Below are positions 1 to 11,599 of a stretch of 64,000 nt of DNA, in pieces. The notes under the pieces were generated by a model. It saw only the letters and a list, made by a program, of their open reading frames with translations, did no database searches and was not told the origin of the DNA. The first letter of the stretch is position 1; every line of letters begins with the position of its first letter. Source of the stretch: Octopus sinensis (lineage: Eukaryota). Where the stretch lies: positions 16,430,001-16,494,000 of the forward strand of contig NC_043001.1 in assembly GCF_006345805.1 (NCBI RefSeq), in the 5' to 3' direction. Both the position numbers and the translations under genes were made by a program.

Positions 1-40
1 TATCGAGGAGGTACAAAGAAAAGAGGAAGTTGAGACAATT

Positions 41-235
41 ACTCTTTTACTCTTTTACTTGTTTCCGACATTTGACTGAGGCCATGCTGGAGCACCACCT
101 TGAAGTCGAGCAAATTGACCCCAGGACTTATTCTTTGTAAGCCTAGTACTTATTCTATCGGACTTTTGCCGAACCGCTAATTTACGGGGATGTAAACACA
201 CCATCATCGGTTGGGGGACAAACACTGATATACAA

Positions 236-269
<34 letters not shown>

Positions 270-442
270 GTACATATACATGTATACGATGGGCTTCTTT
301 CAGTTTCCGTCTACCAAATCAATTCACAAGACTTTTGTTGGTCCGAGGCTATAATAGAAGACACTTTGTCACGCAGTGGGACTGAACCCAGAACCATGTT
401 GCTGGTAAGCAAGCTACTTACCACACAGCCACTCCTGCACCT
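41..442 (-). mobile_element. SINE family A (tRNA-like head, internal microsatellite, (AGTAAAAG)n tail)
   Basis: Reverse complement has the family body and ctgaaacaagtaaaagag-like tail found in at least 12 other copies in this window. Confidence 0.9.
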
Positions 443-965
443 ACAACTGTGGGTGTTTCTTGAACAAATAAAATTAAACACAAAGAAAAAGGAAGGGAAA
501 TAAATCGAATCTCCAGCGTATAAAACATTAAAAAGAAAGTAGGGTGTTTAGGGTAAACGAAACGAAATTAAGTAAGTAAATTGTGTTGAATAACAATTAG
601 AATTTAAGTGCCAGACGTGGATAAAAGAAAATAGTTTTGATCAAGTTTTAGGTTATCACACTGGAAGGTAAAAGAAACGCAACCTGGTCTAATTGTTGCT
701 TATATGATTTTAAATCATAACAAAACAATACCACGAACGTAAATTGCGCGAAGGATAATGAAAATATCAAACTGGAAAATCCAAACACAATGAGTTTGGG
801 ATTTTCCAGTAAAACGTCTCTATGGAGTGAATTCTACTTGAAAAGGCAGCGAATTTCCTCTTACATAATACAATAAAAAAGCTAGGACAGACTAGATGCA
901 GCTTGTGCTTGATGCAGCATGTGTTTGTTAATCGAGACATTCAATCAGGGATGATCTGGCGCTAA

Positions 966-2000
966 TCTATATATCTTTATATATATAAAACTGAGAATGT
1001 GTGTCTGTCTGTGTGTGTGTTTCCCTAAAACTTGAAAACTACACAACCAATTTCATTCAAATTTTACACATGCCTTACTTAGGGTTCGGGGAGTGTCAAC
1101 GGCAAAAAATGTTCAACTTCTTGCCTAGAGCGAGCCCATAGCAATATCATATCTCCACTATTTCAGTATTACGTGTTAAAAGTGAAACAAAAACGTTTCT
1201 CTATTTTATGTCAGATACTTTCACTTTAACAATAAAAATAATAATAACAATTGAATTATATGTAGTAAGTAATAATTAAAATCAAACTAAAGTATAATAT
1301 AATTGTAACATAACAAAAGTAAAAATAGCAATTGGTATAAAATCGCATCAATGATTTGAATTTGAATAAGTGGTTTCACATGAATGGGAATAAATTAAAA
1401 ATAAGATTAGTGTGCAGAAATGGAATAGTCCAGATGGATAATAAAAAATTAAATTAAAGAAAAGACTATTGTCTATAAAGTATACAATGTAGAGAAAAAA
1501 GATTTGAACACATGGAGGAAAGCACCTTCGAAAAGTGTCTTGGTGCGACTATGAAAGGTATCTAATCAGAGGCGGTAAATTCGCCACAATAGAAGCAAGG
1601 TTCGAGTCAACGGAGCGTGCAAGGGAGTACTCGACTCGAACTTGCAAAGTGGAAATATTTTATTTTTACCTTTATATCTGGGACGTACGACGTCCCGGAA
1701 AAAAATTAAAAATGCCCTCCCCCCCCGAAGTAGAGGTAGGCTGGATTGTAGCCACACTTCTATACAAGAGGGAGGACAAGATACAATTTATCGAAATTAC
1801 AAGAGACGAGCTAACAATTCCAGTCTATTATATATTTTGAGTATTGTTATCACTAGCGATATCAAGATATAACTTTGTATTTTGTATTTCATGTGTAGAT
1901 GTATATATATAGATGTACATGTAATATGTACACATATATATATACACATATATACATGCACTAGCACTATGACCCGGCAACGACGGGTCTTTAATGCTAG
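966..2000 (+). mobile_element. Non-autonomous Helitron-like element
   Basis: 5' TC + tatatataaaact (966/974); 3' hairpin acccg-gcaacga-cgggt (1972-1988) then CTAG (1997-2000)|T. Confidence 0.65.
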
Positions 2001-2391
2001 TATATATATATAAAGCTGAAGTTGTCTGTATGTGGCAGGTTTGGTAGCCTTCAACTAACACTATCTCCTCCGAGACCCTGCAGCGCAAGTTGAACAAAAT
2101 TGAGAGTATGATAGAAGAAGGCTTGCTCTTCATTCCTTAGAAGATAAAATTCAAATCGGACCATGTTAACACCAACAATTATTTACACCAAAAAGGTGCT
2201 TTTTCTCTATGAAAATCCCTATTTTTTACGATTTTTTTTACAGCTGTGTCACCAGTTTTCGGTGTATTTCAACCAGAAAAATGTTCACTTAAAGAGAATA
2301 ACAAGCTACATAATGCAAAATATTTACTTTTCAAAAATTCCAATTCTAAAGGGTCGAAACAAACCCGAGCAACGTCGGGCGATACTGCTAG
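2001..2391 (+). mobile_element. Non-autonomous Helitron, ~390-bp family
   Basis: tatataaagctgaag 5' end; 3' hairpin cccgagcaacgtcggg followed by gatactgCTAG|T; sister copies at 10017-10412, 25075-25458 and 31490-31890. Confidence 0.85.
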
Positions 2392-2830
2392 TTAGTGATA
2401 AAAAAAGAACAACTCCGGTCTCAAGTGGATTTTATAGTTATTAATTTAAGACTTACGCAAGTGTGCTCTGATACTTAAGAAAAGTTGACCGTAGAAAGCA
2501 ATACGAAACGTTGTAATACGGAAAGATAAGAGAAATTGGCTGAGGTGATCATCCATCACGTATGACGTTTACATCTGTTGTGAAAATTATTAACTGGGTC
2601 GATGACAGATGTGATGTACTTCTATGTGGAAATGGAACACCTACTTCATGACAACAACTAATGATGCCTAAGGAAATAACAGACAATACTCGGCCTATAT
2701 ATTGACCCAATGACACTGGCAAAAGATGAACTTTAGGAAGAGGAACCGCGCAATGAGATCGACTGCTGAAGTGCATATCGCACGATCTTCTTTTCTTGAA
2801 GTCTAAGGTGCTCAACAATGTTCATGAAAT

Positions 2831-3215
2831 ATAGGAGCACTCCGTCGGTTATGACGATGAGGGTCCCAGCTGATACGATCAACGGAACAGCTTGCTCGTG
2901 GAATTAACGTGCAAGTGGCCGAGCACTCCACAGACACGTGTACCCTTAACGTAGTTCTCAAGGAGATTCAGCGTGACACAGAGTATGACAAGGCTGGCCC
3001 TTTGAAATACAGGTACAACAGAAACAGGAAGAAAGAGTGAGAGAAAGTTGTGGTGAAAGAGTACAGCAGGGATCACCACCATCCCCTGCAGAAGCCTCGT
3101 GAAGCTTCAGGTGTTTTCGCTCAATAAACACTCACAATGCCCGGTCTGGGAATCGAAACCGCGATCCTACGACCGCGAGTCCGCTGCCCTAACCACTGGG
3201 CCATTGCGCCTCCAC
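2831..3215 (-). mobile_element. SINE family C (tRNA-like head gtggaggcgcaatggcccagtggttaggg) with TSD
   Basis: A/B-box-like head on the minus strand; 11-bp TSD gttcatgaaat at 2820-2830 and 3216-3226. Confidence 0.92.
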
Positions 3216-3492
3216 GTTCATGAAATGCTACCCTTGAAACAGGTGTGTATACTGGAAAGCAGAGTGAAGGCGTGTAGTATAGACGTAAAGCTGTTTGTAT
3301 CGTGGTTATAAGGTCGTAGGTTCAGTTCCTGGATTGGGTGATGCGTTGTGTCCTTGAGCAAGGCATTTCACTTTTACGCTGCTTCAGTTTATTTAACTGT
3401 AAATAATAATTGCAAGTTGGGTACGGGTGCCGCCCTTTCTTCCTCCAGTTGTCTCTCTTCTTTGATGTACTGTTGGGATACCCTATCGGGTG

Positions 3493-3493
<1 letters not shown>

Positions 3494-3567
<74 letters not shown>

Positions 3568-3568
3568 A
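3494..3568. repeat. (CTA)n microsatellite
   Basis: Pure CTA run; source of the poly-L and poly-V ORFs in the track. Confidence 0.95.
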
Positions 3569-3834
3569 TGATGAGGGACGTATGAAAGCATCAAACAGTA
3601 AAATAGTAACTAGAACATTAGGAATGATAAAAATATGAACAAAGTCGATTCGTTCAACTAAAACCCTTCAAAGTGGTGCCCCAGCATGGCCGCAGTCTAA
3701 TGACTGAAACAAGTAAAACATAAACGATAAAAAATAAAACCCTAAAAAAATAAACATATGAAGGTTCACAGCATTGTACGCAATCCAAAAGACATCCTTG
3801 CTAGGCCCCGCTCATATTTAGTTTCACGGTCTTT

Positions 3835-3996
3835 CACGGCCCGATCTTTCCTACAGGTATTCACGGCCTAATCTTTCCTACAGGTATTCACGGCCTGAGC
3901 TTTCCTACAGGTATTCATGGCCTGATCTTTCTTACAGGTATTCACGGCCTGATCTTTCCTACAGGTATTCACGGCCCGATCTTTCCTACAGGTAAT
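3835..3996. repeat. 27-bp minisatellite, 6 copies (cacggccygatctttcctacaggtatt)
   Basis: Six near-identical units in register (starts 3835 to 3970). Confidence 0.95.
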
Positions 3997-4879
3997 AATA
4001 ATTGTTCAGCATAATTCCACTATGTACGTGTTGTACGATTTCGTCCCTTTGTGCAGCATCTCAGATTGACCAGTTTGATGACACATCTCGAACCAGAAAT
4101 ATTTCTCCCTTCGGTAGCAATCCGATCCGAAGGATATAGCATGGTCGTATCGACCGCGTGTATCTCGTGAACGCCTTCTTAGGTTCGAAAGTATAGTTCG
4201 TAGAGTGAGTGCGAGATAAGAGTACAGGAGAAATGTAGGAGAAAAAATTTGAGCGAGAGAGAAAAAAGAGTGAGTTACAGAGAGAGTAAGAGCTTACAGC
4301 GAAAGTGAAAGGTTGAATAAGTGATTAGGGTGAGAGAAAAATAAAGTGAGTGGGACATCAGAATGAGTGGGAGTTTAGAGTAAGAGAGAAGTATTGAGTA
4401 TGTGACCGAAGAGTGATAGAGTGAAATAAAATAAAATAATTTATCAGAGTAGAATACAAAGAGATAGAAAAACACAAAACACAAAATAATATTTTCGAGT
4501 TATTTTAAATACAATTGCGCAAGAATTTTTCCAAAAACAGAAATATGTTCCGCCACGTAACCTCATACCCCGACGAGGCCACAATCAATCCAAACAACAC
4601 CCAATTAATAAATACGTCTAAAATGTCGGAATTGTGGCATGTATTGGAAAGAATTCTTCAGCTTTTCGAGGAAACACCCATCAACTTGTGCAAAATAGGG
4701 ATAAATTATAGTTAGTCTCGCTACACCAGTTGCAATTGGAGACGTCTAATACACAGAGAATAATAATACGTACATATACGCATATGTGTGTGTGATAGTA
4801 TATGATATATGAGGATTTGTATGTACGGGTGTATAAATGCATGGGTTGAAAATAATTAATATTTGTACATGTATACGTG

Positions 4880-4882
4880 CAG

Positions 4883-4951
<69 letters not shown>

Positions 4952-5011
4952 GTCTGTCTGTCTGTCTGTCTATCCATCCATCCAACCATCCATCCATCCA
5001 TCCATCCATCC

Positions 5012-5103
<92 letters not shown>

Positions 5104-5104
5104 G

Positions 5105-5154
<50 letters not shown>

Positions 5155-5176
5155 ATCTGTTTGGCTATCCGTCTAA

Positions 5177-5209
<33 letters not shown>

Positions 5210-5250
5210 TGTATGTATGTATGTATGTATGTATGTATGTATGTATATAT
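4880..5250. repeat. Compound (TCTA)n/(TCTG)n/(TCCA)n/(TATG)n microsatellite
   Basis: Read directly from the sequence. Confidence 0.95.
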
Positions 5251-5287
5251 ATCTGTAAAATAATATGTGACAATTATTCAATAGTCA

Positions 5288-5350
5288 AGATAAAACTCTG
5301 AGTTTCGGATGCCGAAGTGGAAATCCACAACACCATCTCTTCGGTTATCT
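5288..5350 (-). ncRNA. Minimal type I hammerhead-ribozyme-like motif (Penelope-type remnant)
   Basis: Minus strand: agataa-CCGAAGA-gatg...catcc-GAAA-ctc a gag-T-T-ttatct; 6-bp helix I and quasi-palindromic helix III; core has a U4C change. Confidence 0.55.
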
Positions 5351-5702
5351 GGCCGTATATATTTAATCCAAACATGAACAAGCAAGAAAAAACAACAACG
5401 CGAGGACATATATATATATATATATATATATCACACACACACACACACGCCCACCATACAAATGATGGGAAGTGGTGCTCAAATGTATGAAACAAAGTTA
5501 AATGCAATAATCGAAATAAGGTGACGGTTGAAAAATTCAGTTCTACAATTGTTTTACAATTGTTCTAAAGTGCAGCGAGACTAAACACATTAAACATATT
5601 GTTTATGACCTCAGAGTGCATACCTACCTACTTACCTACCTACCTACCTACCTACCTACCTACTTACATACATTCATACATGTGTCTGTGTGCCTGTAGC
5701 AC

Positions 5703-6023
5703 TGCAATCCGTCGGTTACGACGATGCGGTTTCCAGTTGATCCGATCAATAGAAAAGCTTGCTCATAAAATTAACATACAAGCGGCTGAGTACTCCACAG
5801 ACACGTGTGCCCTTAACGTAGTTCTCATGGAGACTCAGAGTGACACAGAATGTGACAAGTCTACCCTTAGAAATACACGTACTGCTCATTTTTGCCAGCT
5901 GAGTGGACTGGAGCAACGTGAAATAAAGTGTCTTGCTCAAGGACAAAACGCGTCACTGGAAATTGAACTGATAACCTTATGATTGTGAACCAAAATGCCC
6001 TAACCACTAAGCCACAGCCTTCA
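5703..6023 (-). mobile_element. Chimeric SINE (family D head + family C tail)
   Basis: Head/core cttgagcaagacact...cagctggcaaaaatgag joined to the family C 3' module (gtgtctgtggagtactcagcc...aaccgacgga). Confidence 0.75.
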
Positions 6024-6479
6024 CTACATACATATGCACGTATTTATATATATTATACGTGAAACGGCCGTACGATATGTTACGTCACCTATTTTGTTAT
6101 GTCATGCTTGTATTAAAAAATAAGCTACAAATGTGGTCCAACAGATGTGTTGCTTAATCTGGGGTCTTCTCCATTTTCTAATTATTTGCATTGGTTCCTC
6201 ATAAACTCTTGTTTACCCCATGAGAGAATACTATTCCAAACTTACAGGGAAAAATTCAATTTAGAAATACTAAATCAAATTTCACAAAATATAATATATA
6301 TGTATATATAAATTAGAAAAAGAAATCACCTTTTATCAATTCAATAATGAAAAATTAAATTATACCATTTAGAAAAATTACATATTATAGAAAGATTAAA
6401 TATAAGATAAAACATATAACAATGATTAATTAATTTGCAAAAAAGTAAATAAAACGTATATATTTTTCTAAGTTATACA

Positions 6480-6582
<103 letters not shown>

Positions 6583-6597
6583 ATATATATATATATA

Positions 6598-6995
6598 TCC
6601 CGCCTTTCATATGCGATGCTTGTGTACTATCTCCAACATTAAACCGAGTGACCATATTCGTAACAGTGAAGTACTACCGAAATGTAACATATCAGCTATC
6701 AAAATACAACTTAGATGATCAGGTCATCTCTCACGTATGAGTGATATTAGAATTCCGAAGTAATTTCTCTTTGGCCAGTTCCCAACAGGAAGGTCATTTG
6801 GAAGGCCACTCTTGCGCTTTAAAGACAAACGAAAAGATAATCTGAAGCGATGCAATATTCCCTTTTCTACCTGAGAAAATAAAGCATCAGGGCGCAGAAC
6901 CTGGCGCCAGTCCTTCTTCACCTCAGTTCAGAGATTTGATCAAAATCAACTCCAATATCGGGGCCATCTTCGTGCAAGAATGAAGGTACGCTGAT
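6598..6995 (+). mobile_element. RTE/BovB-like LINE 3' fragment (decayed)
   Basis: Translates to FHMRCLCTISNIKPSDHIRNSEVL...QLR*SGHLSRMSDIRIPK*FLFGQ...GRPLLRFKD, typical of the RTE ORF C-terminus. Confidence 0.8.
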
Positions 6996-7009
6996 AAAAT
7001 GTCGCTCCT

Positions 7010-7260
7010 CTAAATGCGCCCTTTTAAAGCCTAGCCAGGCTCATGGACCCGATTTCTCGGTTTCAATGGGGTATGTGTTCCCCAGCTGGATGGGACGCCA
7101 GTACATCGCAGCGTTACTCATTTTTGCCAGCTGAGTGGACTATAGCAACGTGAAATGAAGTGTTTTGCTCAAGAACACACGTCGCCCGGTCCAGGAATCG
7201 AAACCACAATCTTACGATCATGATGCTGACACCCTAACCACTAAGCCACGCGCTTCCACA
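7010..7260 (-). mobile_element. SINE family D (tRNA head, V-domain-like body)
   Basis: Near-identical to 33800-34061; contains ctgcgatgtactggcgtcccatccag, resembling the V-SINE domain. Confidence 0.85.
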
Positions 7261-8189
7261 GAATGGTATCAATAGAAAATTGTTAATCATACATGTTTCT
7301 GTTCTTATTTTTTTTTACATGTTGTTTGACTCCATGTCAGAGCTAATCAAGTAAACCCGTTGCCAATCCATCTATTATTCAATCATATCATATTCTGGAC
7401 TACATCATCCAGTGCTAACCTTCATTTTTTAAAATGGGGGAAGATTTGGTCGATATTTCTGTGAGGATCAGCGACCATGTAGAGTCTTCCTTCTCGCCTC
7501 TCATTGGCTATTGTTGATTATTTGGCTGAACTTCATTGTAAGACGCTGTATTATATAACAACTCAGACATGCGTTCGGTTTGTGTTTCAAGGTTTTTCCT
7601 ATTGATATTTGTATTTGTATCATAGTACCCTGGCCTAGATGCCGTGTATTAATTCGCGACAAAGCCTGGCGTATAGTTACATATATTTACTTGAAATTTA
7701 CAACCTTCATGTTTATGTAATAAAAGTGATATATTGCGCTAGATAATTTACTGTTAGTAACTTGAACCAGAAATAAACTTTATAGTTAGATAACCGAATG
7801 GCACGCCCTTCAGCCTTGCGAAATATTCACTCTTGTCATTGATACAAAATAGTTTTTACGCCTATTTGTGTACAATGTTCCACATCAACTTTGTGATTTA
7901 TTCAGGGTTATTTTGATCAATACAGCGAAGTTCGCGGTTCACTGAAGAGAGCTAATAGAACCCAAACAGGTTCAGAGTTATCTCCCGTATTTGTAGAAAC
8001 GAGTAAAATAATATTTGTCATTGAGCTAATGTTTTCTTTTCTTCCTCGCAAACTTATTTCTTAATAAATTAACGCTCTCTACGTTACTATCGTCAACGCT
8101 AACTTAACCGTAAAATATTTGTTAAAAAGGGTTAAAAGAGACCGAAAGATGCCGAATTAAATGCTTCGTATTATTATATCCTGTACTAT

Positions 8190-8575
8190 GAGATGGAAGC
8201 ACTCCGTCGGTTACGACGACGCAGGGTTCCGGTTGATCCGAATCAACGGAACAGCTTGCTCGTGAAATTAACGTGTAAGTGGCTGAGCACTCCACAGGCA
8301 CGTGTACCCTTAACGTAGTTCTCGGGGATATTCAGCGTGACACAGAGAGTGACAAGGCCGGCCCTTTGAAATACAGGTACAACAAAAACAGGGAGTAAGA
8401 GTGAGAGAAAGTTGTGGTAAGTACAGCAGGGATCACCACCATCCCCTGCCGGAGCCTCGTGGAGCTTTAGGTGTTTTCGCTCAATAAACACTCACAACGC
8501 CCGGTCTGGGAATCGAAACCGCGATCCTATGACCGCGAGTCTGCTGCCCTAACCACTGGGCCATTGCGCCTCCAC
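8190..8575 (-). mobile_element. SINE family C with TSD
   Basis: 12-bp TSD atcctgtactat at 8178-8189 and 8577-8588. Confidence 0.92.
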
Positions 8576-8929
8576 CATCCTGTACTATAATACAAACACA
8601 AACATCAATAGGAAAGACCTTGAAACAGAAACCGAATGCATGTCGGTGTTCTTATATAATATATCGTTAGTTCCCATTCCCTAAATTTCAGGTCTTGTGC
8701 CTATAGTAGAAAGGATTATTAATTTATACCCTTTTATGTTGAATTGTATTAATTTATTGATCCCAGAAGTAATTAATCAAAATCAATTGAGGGACAGGAT
8801 TTCAAATAATGGCTGATTGTTCCGTTTGTGTCTACATTTAATCTGGTTTGATATTGTGTTTGGCGGCGTCAGCATTTAACAGAAAAGAAGTAGAGAGAGC
8901 AAGCTATATATATATATATATATATATAT

Positions 8930-9380
8930 AACGGGAATGTTTACGAAAATAAACAAAAGACGAAGGCAGGTAGAGTACAAACAAACAAATGTATTAGGAT
9001 GGCGCTCAGGAATAGAAATAGAACACGTCTTTTACGTTTCGAGTCTATGCTCTTCGACAGAAAGATACACAGAAAAGAAACAAGGAGAGAAACAAGGCGA
9101 GAAAAAAATGCGTGTAGGAGCTAACGATCTATCATGGCGTTCTGACTTCAGGCAGAGGTCAGAGGTCAGAGGTCAGACGTTAGACGCTAGAGGGATAGTA
9201 GGGGAGATAACAGGGTCAAGTGACTTCCAAAACGAAGGTGGCCCCAACACGAAGGTGCGTGTGTGTATAAGAGAGTATGTATGCGCGTGTGAAAGAGGGC
9301 TGGTGGTCTGGAAGTGTGTATGTATGTATGTGGGTGTGGAGATATGGGGATGGGTGTGTGGGTGGTGTGTTGTGATATGA
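8930..9380 (-). mobile_element. Probable Penelope-like non-coding remnant
   Basis: pLTR-like composition with degenerate ctgtcgaagagc...ctcgaaac motif; no ORF. Confidence 0.4.
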
Positions 9381-9447
9381 TATGTGTATGTATGTGTATA
9401 TATATATATATATATATAGATAGATAGATAGACCAAAAGACAGACGG

Positions 9448-9515
<68 letters not shown>

Positions 9516-10016
9516 CTTTAATTTCGTTCATAAAATGAATGTTGCTTTTCACAAAGTTCTGTTCTTTAAGGTGACGACTGAGGATCTACTTGGTAGTGTT
9601 CTCTTTGATTTCATGAGCTATTTTGCTTTTGCTACTTCACACTTAAGTGATATTTGTGTCCTTTTTGATTGTTCCCTTGTGTGATTTCGTTGACGACTAC
9701 TTTTCATAGAGATTGAGCTATGACCCTTCGTTAAGTTCTGTTACTCTCTATATGCCATTTTCCTCACTTTGTTTGGGTCTAGATGTGTCTGCAATAGAGT
9801 CTTTAAAACTTGATCTCTGTCAAATCAGACCTTTATTATTCTAAAATCATTTTTGTGAAATATTAATTTCGTCCTACACAGACAGAGCCACTGTGGCTGC
9901 AACACGGATTAAACGATTTAGCCTGCTGACGTTGATGCTTACAACTGTTTCCGGTATGTTTATAACGGCTGTACTTGTTTATTTATTAACAGATAAAATA
10001 TTTTTTTTATCAGATA

Positions 10017-10737
10017 CTAGCAGTATCGCCCGGCGTTGCTCGGGTTTGTTTCGACCCTTTGGAATTGGAATTTTTGAAAAGTAAAAATTTTGCATTATGT
10101 AGCTTGTTATTCTCTTTAAGTGAACATTTTTCTGGTTGAAATACACCGAAAAATGGCGACACAGCAGTTAAAAAATCGTAAAAAAAAAAGGGATTTTCAT
10201 AGAAAAAAAAAGCACCTTTTTGATGTAAATAATTGTTGGTGTTAACATGGTCCGATTTGAATTTTATCTTCTCCGGAAGGAAGAGCAAGCCTTCTTCTAT
10301 CGTACTCTCAATTTTAGTTAACTTGCGCCGCAGGGTCTCGGAGGAGATAGTGTTTGTTGAAGGCTACCAAACCTGCCATACACAGACAACTTCAGCTTTA
10401 TATAGAGAGAGATTGCATTACGTAATGGAATGCATAGTTATGGATTTCTAAAATTAAAGCATCATCGTTTTTTCCTTAGTAGAGATGTACACGCACATAG
10501 TCTTAAGCACTTACAATTCGACTCGGTTACAAAAAAGAGGCTCCTCACCGTTGACCTGTAAGAAATGACAGCCAAAACTTCCATCAAATCGTACCCTACT
10601 TCTATCATAGCCTTCTTCTATCATACTCATAATTTTGGTTAGCTTGCGCCGCAGGGTCTCGGAGGAGATAGTGTTTGTTGAAGGCTACCAAACCTGCCAT
10701 ACACAGACAACTTCAGCTTTATATATATATAGAGAGA
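10017..10737 (-). mobile_element. Composite Helitron (5' fragment + 187-bp captured flank + full ~395-bp copy)
   Basis: 3' CTAG at 10017-10020 with hairpin; 5' ends at 10412 and 10737; 10413-10599 matches 24890-25074 in reverse complement. Confidence 0.75.
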
Positions 10738-10943
10738 ATTTTTAACAGATAAAAAAAAAAAGAAAGTCACAGAGGATAATTACTGATGCTTCAGTCGGAC
10801 GAAACTCAATAATCAAGTTAACGTTACTATACGTACAGAGTACAAACAAACTATAAGAAATAATCGTTTGGTGAATAAAAGATAACATGAACTGAATTAC
10901 TTAATCGTTTCGATAAGAAAAACTGTGCAAAAGCCTAACATAT

Positions 10944-11107
10944 AGGCGCAGGAGTGGCTGTGTGGTAAGTAGCTTGTCTACCTGCCACATGGTTCCGGGT
11001 TCAGTCCCACTGCGTGGCATCTTGGGCAAGTGTCTTCTACTGTAGCCCCGGGCCGACCAAAGCCTTGTGAGTGGATTTGGTAGACGGAAACTGAAAGAAG
11101 CCTGTCG

Positions 11108-11144
<37 letters not shown>

Positions 11145-11315
11145 GTGTGTTTGTGTTTGTCCCCCTAGCATTGCTTGACAACCGATGCTGGTGTGCTTAT
11201 GTCCCCGTTACTTAGCGGTTCGGCAAAAGAGACCGATAGAATAAGTACTAAAAGGCGGTGCTCCAGCATGGCCGCAGTCAAATGACTGAAACAAGTAAAA
11301 GAGTAAAAAAGAGTA
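10944..11315 (+). mobile_element. SINE family A
   Basis: ggcgcaggagtggctgtgtgg head, internal (TA)n, gagtaaaa tail; short deletion before the tail. Confidence 0.9.
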
Positions 11316-11324
11316 TATATGCAG

Positions 11325-11538
11325 ACACGTTAGCGCGCCGGGCGAAATGCTTAGCGGTATTTCGTCTGCCGTTACGTTCTGAGTTCAAATTCCGCCGAGG
11401 TCGACTTTGCCTTTAATCCTTTCGGGGTCGATAAATTAAGTACCAGTTTCGCACTGGGGTCGATGTAATCCACTTAATCCCTTTGTCTGTCCTTGTTTGT
11501 CCCCTCTACGTTTAGCCTTTTGTGGGTAGTAAAGAAAT
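11325..11538 (+). mobile_element. SINE family B (5'-truncated)
   Basis: Shared body gagttcaaattccgccgaggtcgactttgcctt...ggggtcgat...gtagtaaagaaata. Confidence 0.88.
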
Positions 11539-11599
11539 ATATATACATACTTGTACTTGTAGACACACACGTATATATACACACACAGTTACACACGTA

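Noticed and set aside
3835-3996. CRISPR-like array
   Set aside because: Contiguous tandem units with no unique spacers, in a eukaryotic context.
9025-9065. Other hammerhead-like strings (also about 7950, 12935-12965, 30715-30750, 33430-33470 and 50710-50750)
   Set aside because: Core or helices too degenerate (missing G12, H17 = G, or no helix I) to call.
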